From: Octopus vulgaris
Lineage: Eukaryota
Assembly: GCA_951406725.2 (NCBI GenBank)
Contig: OX597838.1
Span: forward strand, 18,848,001-18,912,000
Length of the DNA stretch: 64,000 nt
Direction of reading: 5' to 3'
Below are positions 57,150-64,000 of the stretch, piece by piece. The stretch's first letter is position 1; the number at the start of each line of letters is the position of its first letter. The notes beneath the pieces are model-generated. The model saw nothing but the letters and a program-made list of their open reading frames with translations, was not told where the DNA came from and searched no databases. Position numbers and translations under genes: made by a program.

Positions 57150-57785
57150 TATTTCTTTACTGCCCACAAGGGGCTAAACACAGAGAGGACAAACAAGGAC
57201 AGACAAAGGGATTAAGTCGATTACATCGACCCCAGTGCGTAACTGGTGCTTAATTTATCGACCCCGGAAGGATGAAAGGCAGGCGGAATTTGAACTCAGA
57301 ACGTAACGGCAGACGAAATACTGCTATGCATTTCACCCGGCATGCTAACGTTTCTAATTTCTTTACTGCCCACAAGGGGCTAAACACAGAGAGGACAAAC
57401 AAGGACAGACAAAGGGATTAAGTCGATTACATCGACCCCAGTGCGTAACTGGTACTGAATGTATCGACCTCGGAAGGATGAAAGGCAAAGTCGACCTCGG
57501 CGGAATTTGAACTCAGAACGTAACGGCAGACGAAATACTGCTATGCATTTCGCCCGGCATGCTAACGTTCCTTATTTCTTTATTGCCTACAAGGGACTAA
57601 ACCTAGACAGGGCAAACAAGGACAGACAAACGGATTAAGTCGATTACATCGACCCCAGTGCGTAACTGGTACTTAATTTATCGACCCCGGAAGGATGAAA
57701 GGCAAAGTCGACCTCGGCGGAATTTGAACTCAGAACGTAACGGCAGACGAAATACTGCTATGCATTTCGCCCGGCGTGCTAACGT
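57150..57785 (-). mobile_element. Three tandem family A SINE units
   Basis: Repeated ~210-bp units. Confidence 0.85.
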
Positions 57786-58295
57786 ACAAATTGGCATACA
57801 GCGCAGAAGTAGCTATAATGGGTGCATAGAGAAAAATACGTTTCAAAAACAAAAACAGTATCAGTGATATTTCAAATATTAATTTCTTAAAGCTGTTTCG
57901 ATCTTCTTTAAATATCATCGCAATTATATAATTGTATAATAATGGTTGGGAAATACCAGCAAATGGTTTTTTTAACTCTTTTGCATATAGTCATATACAG
58001 CGATTTAGCTTGTGCCGGGCCTCGTTTCGGGTACGCGGTATTGACAAGTCACAAATATGACGAAACATCGATGTCTATCGCTGCTGAATGGGATCTGATG
58101 AGAGTCATCTCCCTTGTCTATGACTTCCACTATACGAACTGATGAGAATATATTCTCTTATGCCTATAAGCACAGCCTACCCAACCTGGTGTTTATATGC
58201 GTGTGTGTGTGTGTGTGTGTAGCTTAATGGTTTGTTTGTAATCGTAAAATTCTGCCCTGTAAAATTCTGTTGACTGTTCTTTGAGCCACTTCTTC

Positions 58296-58441
58296 CCTAC
58301 CTCCACATTCACCAGATTTAGCACCTTCAGACTATCATCTCTTCGGCGCCTCGAAAGAGGGTTTGAGAGGCAAACATTATTCCAGTGACGAGGAAGTGAA
58401 AACTATGGTGAAGAAATGGCTCAAAGAACAGTCAACAGAAT
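58296..58441 (+). pseudogene. Mariner transposase C-terminal fragment
   Basis: PPHSPDLAPSDYHLFG..KEGLRGKHYSSDEEVKTMVKKWLKEQ. Confidence 0.8.
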
Positions 58442-58593
58442 AATGCACCAGTCAAGTCACGCTCACAACACGCGCGCACGCGCACACAGACAAACACATA
58501 CGCACGCACACACACACACACACGCACACACACACACGCACACATGCACACACATATGCACACACACATGCACATACACATACATATGCACAC

Positions 58594-58635
<42 letters not shown>

Positions 58636-60445
58636 GCATGTACACACACATGCACGTGCTTGTACGCACAAACACAGAGACACACCACACACACATGCAC
58701 ACACACACACACATGCATGCACGCACGCACATATGCACACACACGCACATACGCACACGCACACACATGCACATACACATAGACATGCACATACACACAT
58801 GCACAGGCTCACACACACACACGCGCGCACACACACACACGCACATATACACACACGCACATATACACACACGCACACACATACACATAGACATGCACAT
58901 ACACACATGCACAAACAGGTGCACATACACACGCGCACACACATGCACATTCACATACACATGCACACATACACGTGCACACACACACACGCACGCACAC
59001 ACACATTCATGCACACATGTACACACACACGCACATACACACTAGTTGCTAGTTTAAAAGTCGAAGCTATTTTTGACTGACAGAACGAAACAGACATGAA
59101 TGATGTCATTCGTTACTCGACGCGCCAGAAATAGTAGTCATGTGCCTTTCAGATCATATCTACAGTCTTAAGATAATGAAGGCGCGTTGGATAATGCGTT
59201 CTAAGTGGAGAGCAGTCACAAATTGAAAGTCTTCCCTGGGTTTAAACAACAACAATCAAACTGTAACAACAACAATATTCCGCTTACAAAGAGTATTGCT
59301 GTTGTCTTCTTCTTCTTCTTCTTCTTCTTCTTCTTCTTCTTCTTCTTCTTCTTCTTCTTCTTCTTCTTCTTCTTCTTCTTCTTCTTCTCCTTCTTCTTCT
59401 TCTTCTTCTTCTCCTCCTTCTTCTTCTCCTCCTTCTTCTTCTTCTTCTTCTTCTTCTTCTTCTTCTTCTTCTCCTTCTTCTTCTTCTTCTCCTCCTCCTC
59501 CTCCTCCTCCTTCTTCTTCTTCTTCTTCTTCTTCTTCTTCTTCTTCTTCTTCTTCTTCTTCTTCTTCTTCTTCTTCTTCTTCTTCCAATCAGGACTCACG
59601 CCATTAGCCACAAGCAATAATCTCTAATTCGAGCCTACACTAAGCCACTAAAAATGCGTGTGGCAACTTGAAGATCCACCCACCACACTCGATAGACTGG
59701 CGGTTGCACGGGCGCGAAAGCTACGTTGTTGTCCTCATTCCGTAAACGGTGACTTTTTTTAACGGGTGGAGAGCTGAACCATCCTGGGGGTACTGAGGAT
59801 TCGCAATGTAGACTAGGGTCTGAAAGTTTACCACACCATAGTGGGTTACATCATGGTTCCTCTGCTTTGTGGCAGAAGTAGGAAGAAAGAGTGAGAGAAA
59901 GTTGTGGTGAAAGAGTACAGCGGGATTCACCACCACCACCACCACCCGCCGGTGCCTCGTGGAGCTTAGATGTTTTTGCTCGATAAACACTCAAAATGCC
60001 CGGTCTGGGAATCGAAACCGCGTTCTTACGACCGCGAGTCCGCTGCCCTAACCACTGGGCCATTGCGCCTCCATTGCTGTTGTTGTATGATTGATTAATG
60101 TGGATGAAAGTATGGTGGGTGGCTGGATGGATGGTTGAGAGAGAGCTGGGGAGTTTATCGATCCCATTTTCGATACTTGTGACCTTTTAATACGACACCA
60201 TGACCTCCTATCTCTAGCGACAATCCAACTAAGGAAATATTTACGTGGTTAACCGATTAGCTAGACATGACAGCCAAATCTCCCTCAAGTGAAGCTCACT
60301 GCATCATCGACCGTGCCGTGGTCAGCAAAAGCCGTTGACATATTGTATGGACAAGATTTTGGGCGAACAATCGGCGAGGCAACACTCAGCAATGCATCGA
60401 ACACATTTTTTTAGGTGAGGAATCGAACCCACGAACTTGTTATGT

Positions 60446-60747
60446 ATATCCCGGGGAAGAGGCTGGGTTGTTACGGCTGGAAGGTCTCCGGTCATAAGTC
60501 TGATCGATCTGAAAACTGGCCTAGGGCTAAGCAACGACAGTAATCAAATGATAAATGGCAGAATCGGCAGAGCGTCGAACAAACGTAAGGTGACGTAATG
60601 AAACGTAAACTAAATTACCACGAAACATTTTGTTCGACGCGCTGCTGATGATTAGTGTCGTTGCTTAGCCCTAGGCCAGCACAGATCCGTCAGACTTATG
60701 ATCGGAGACCTTCAAGCCGTAACAACCCAGCCTCTTTTCCGGGATAT
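60446..60747. repeat. ~100-bp inverted repeat enclosing a ~105-bp core that also occurs at ~54101-54208
   Basis: Arms 60446-60546 and 60650-60747. The core has its own GCAG.GCGTCGAACAAA/TTTGTTCGACGCGCTGC stem. Confidence 0.8.
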
Positions 60748-60913
60748 CTATAGTCAGGTAGTAAGGAGCGATTTGATGGTAATTTGATTACCAGGTCGTT
60801 CGCCTTCATCAAATCACATCCTATTATCTTAGGAAAGAAAACGTTGAATGATACGGTCCTAGATTTCCTGATATAAAGGAAAAACTTTGATGCGGTAATT
60901 ATAGTTACACAGA

Positions 60914-61502
60914 AGGCGGCGAGCTGGCAGAAACGTTAGCACGCCGGGCGAAATGCTTAGCAGTATTTCGTCTGCCGCTACGTTCTGAGTTCAAATTCCG
61001 CCGAGGTCGACTTTGCCTTTCATCCTTTCGGGGTCGATTAAATAAGTACCAGTTACACACTGGGGTCGATATAATCGACTTAATCCGTCTGTCTGTCCTT
61101 GTTTGTCCTCTCTGTGTTTAGCCCCTTGTGGGTAGTAAAGAAATAGGTATTTCGTCTGCCGCTACATTCTAAGTTCAAATTCCGCCGAGGTCGACTTTGC
61201 CTTTCATCCTTTCGGGGTCGATTAAATAAGTACCAGTTACGCACTGGGGTCGATATAATCGACTTTGTCTGTTTGTCTGTCCTTGTTTGTCCTTTGTGTG
61301 TTTAGCCCCTTGTGGGTAGTAAAGAAATAGAAATAGGTATTTCGTCTGTCTTTACGTTCTGAGTTCAAATTCCGCCGAGGTAGACTTTGCCTTTCATCCT
61401 TTCGGGGTCGATAAATTAAGCACCAATTGCGTACTGAGGTCGATCTAATCGTCTGGCCCCTCCCCCAAAATTTCGGGCCTTGTGCCTAGAGTAGAAAAAG
61501 AA
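60914..61502 (+). mobile_element. Three tandem family A SINE units
   Basis: One full head plus two units restarting at GGTATTTCGTCTG. Confidence 0.85.
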
Positions 61503-61519
61503 TATAGTTACACAGGGAT

Positions 61520-61843
61520 AGCAACTCCGTCGGTTACAAGGACGAGGGTTCCAGTTGATCCGATCAACGGAAACAGCTTGCTCATGAAATTAACGTGCAA
61601 GTGACTGAGCAATCCACAGACACGTGTACCCTTAACGTAGTTCTCAGGGAGATTCAGCATGACACAGAATGTGATAGGGCAGGCCCTTTGAAATACAGGT
61701 ACAACTCATTTTTGCCAGCTGAGTGAACTGGAGCAACGTGAAATAAAGTGTCTTACTCAAGGAAACAAACCGCCGCCTAGAATCGAACTCACGACCTTAC
61801 GATTGAGAGCCGAGTACTCTAACCACTAAGCCACGCGTCTTCA
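61520..61843 (-). mobile_element. Family D SINE
   Basis: Reverse complement of the 6909 and 980 type. Confidence 0.8.
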
Positions 61844-62182
61844 TTCGATAAACGGGATAAAAGAAATCCACAATGTAGGTGTTTGGACAACATGAAAGAC
61901 TTATCAGGGTTGGAACATTGTAGGGAATTCGAAGTTGGTGGAGGGCAGAGAAAATTGTTGTAGAGGAAGTTCTGTTTCTCTCTTTGCCATCGACGATCTA
62001 TCTAGAATATGGATATTGATTGACAAATCGATCGCTCGATCGATTGATTGATTCTATACAAGACCACAATTCAAAAGAAAGAGCGAAAATATAAAAATAT
62101 GCAGCCACACTTCTATAGGACCTTTTCATTATTATTATTATAATTATTATTATTGTTGTTGTTGCTGCTGCTGCTGCTACTC

Positions 62183-62243
<61 letters not shown>

Positions 62244-62260
62244 CATTACTATTATCATTA

Positions 62261-62291
<31 letters not shown>

Positions 62292-62365
62292 TATTATTAC
62301 TATTATCATTACTATTATCATTATTATTATTATTATTATTACTATTACTATTATTATTATTATTA

Positions 62366-62418
<53 letters not shown>

Positions 62419-62421
<3 letters not shown>

Positions 62422-62585
62422 TAGTTTTATTTTCATATCGTGTATTCCTTTCACTACCGAGCGCAGCTCTGTGTGCCTTGGGTATGTGCTGTGGTTTGTT
62501 GAGATGCTCTTATGGTTACTGTATTGAGAGTGTTTTGCGTAGGATATGTGCAGTGCCCAGCAGTGCAATTTTCTGTATGTTATTA
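62419..62585 (-). mobile_element. R4/Dong-clade LINE 3' end inserted in (TAA)n
   Basis: NIQKIALLGTAHILRKTLSIQ* plus 3' UTR, with (AAT)n on both sides. Confidence 0.75.
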
Positions 62586-62653
62586 TCGTTTTTATTATTA
62601 TTATTATTATCTTTATTATTATTATTATTATCATCATCATCATCATCATCATC

Positions 62654-62703
<50 letters not shown>

Positions 62704-62751
62704 CATCATCATCATCATTGTTATTATTATTATTATTATTATTAAATATAT

Positions 62752-62926
62752 AGGGAGAATTCACAAAAAAAAAACAAAAGACGAAGACAGGTGGTGTAGA
62801 CAACAAACAGATGTATTAGTATAATGCTCGGGAAGTGAAAAAGGCTTTAACGTTTCGAGCCTACGCTCTTTCGCTCTTCCACAGAAAGGACTACAGAAAG
62901 AAACAAGGAGAGAAAATAAAGAGAAA
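62752..62926 (-). mobile_element. Family F element (core CTGTGGA, small internal duplication)
   Basis: Homologous to the other family F copies. Confidence 0.65.
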
Positions 62927-64000
62927 TATATATATATACGACGGGCTCCTTTCAGTTTCCGTCTACCAAATCCATTCACAAGGCTTTGGTCGGCCTGAGG
63001 CTATAAGTAGAAGACACTTGCCCAAGGTGCCACGCAGTGGGACTGAACCCGGAACTATGTGCTTGGGAACCTGGTCGGCCTGGGGTAATAATAGCAGACA
63101 CTTGCCCAAGGTACCACTCTGTAGGACCGAACATAGAACCATGTGGTTTGGAAGCAATCTTCTTACCACACAGCGAGCCTCCGTAAGATCTTGTTTTTGT
63201 TTTTTTGTTGTTGATAGTTTTTTTTTTTTTTGGTTTCATTTGGCGATCAATGAATTTAGGTCAAACACGGCTTACAATATATAGGTCAACTGTAATTCTC
63301 AATTATCTCTCGCAGACATACACACTCATACACACACACAATCTTTTCATTGAAAGGTCATGCAAATGTCTTGGACACACAGCCACACACACGCACACAT
63401 ATGCACACACACACACGTTCACCTGTTGCTAATTTAAAAGTCAAAGCTATTTTTGACTGTCCATCCACACATTGGCAGAACGAAACAGACAGGGATGATG
63501 TCATTCGTTGTTATTTAGCCCCAGGCATGATACGGTTGAGCAAGTACATGATTCAAAGCATTTTACCATTTACCATATTTTTTTCCTTTTTTGTTCATTT
63601 CGCATAGAGAACACTGTAAAGGTTACGGCTAAACTTTCGGCCAGTCAAATTCTTCGAGCAGGTTTCGAACTTCGGAATCGCCGATGCGTCGAACAAAGTG
63701 TTTTGTTTTTTTTTTTTCAGCATTTCTTCGAGCACTTTAGGTTTTGCGCTCAAATTGCATCGATGTCGACTTTGCCTTTCGTCCTTTTTGGGGTCGATAA
63801 AATGAGTACCAATTGAGCACTGAGGTCGGTATAATCAACTTGTCTCCTCTTCCAAAAGTTCAGGCCTTCTACCATTATTAGAAACACAAATACAAATGCA
63901 AAAACGCACATACAGACACAAACACTGTTTTATTAGATAATATATATATTTATACATAGAGAGAGAGATACATACATACATACATACATACATACATACA

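Noticed and set aside
58095-58160. Two CTGATGA words followed by hairpin-like sequence
   Set aside because: No downstream GAAA or UH in the right geometry.

Overview
AT-rich, microsatellite-saturated animal DNA, most likely from an octopus or other cephalopod; this is inferred from the tRNA-headed SINE families and the repeat landscape. I can identify no host protein-coding gene. Almost all listed ORFs are translations of microsatellites or SINEs. The only intact CDS is a DD37D (maT, Tc1/mariner) transposase in a complete TIR element (46378-47661). The rest is layered transposon debris: four SINE head types, non-autonomous Helitrons and a Helentron-type element, mariner/maT/pogo remnants, and Tx1/L1, HERO and R4/Dong LINE remnants. 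Three things stand out. (1) There are about a dozen short Penelope-like or retrozyme-like elements carrying minimal type I hammerhead ribozyme motifs. They include a family with a fixed non-canonical CUGUNGA core, and one 355-nt ribozyme-to-ribozyme monomer with terminal redundancy, as expected from reverse transcription of a circular RNA. (2) An orphan 5S rRNA unit has been hit twice by the same Tx1-like LINE, once exactly at the 5S 3' end. It is nested inside a HERO LINE that has a ~75-bp target duplication and a permuted hammerhead-like 3' UTR. (3) Several satellites have arisen from transposon termini. All folds and family assignments were made by eye and need computational or experimental confirmation.
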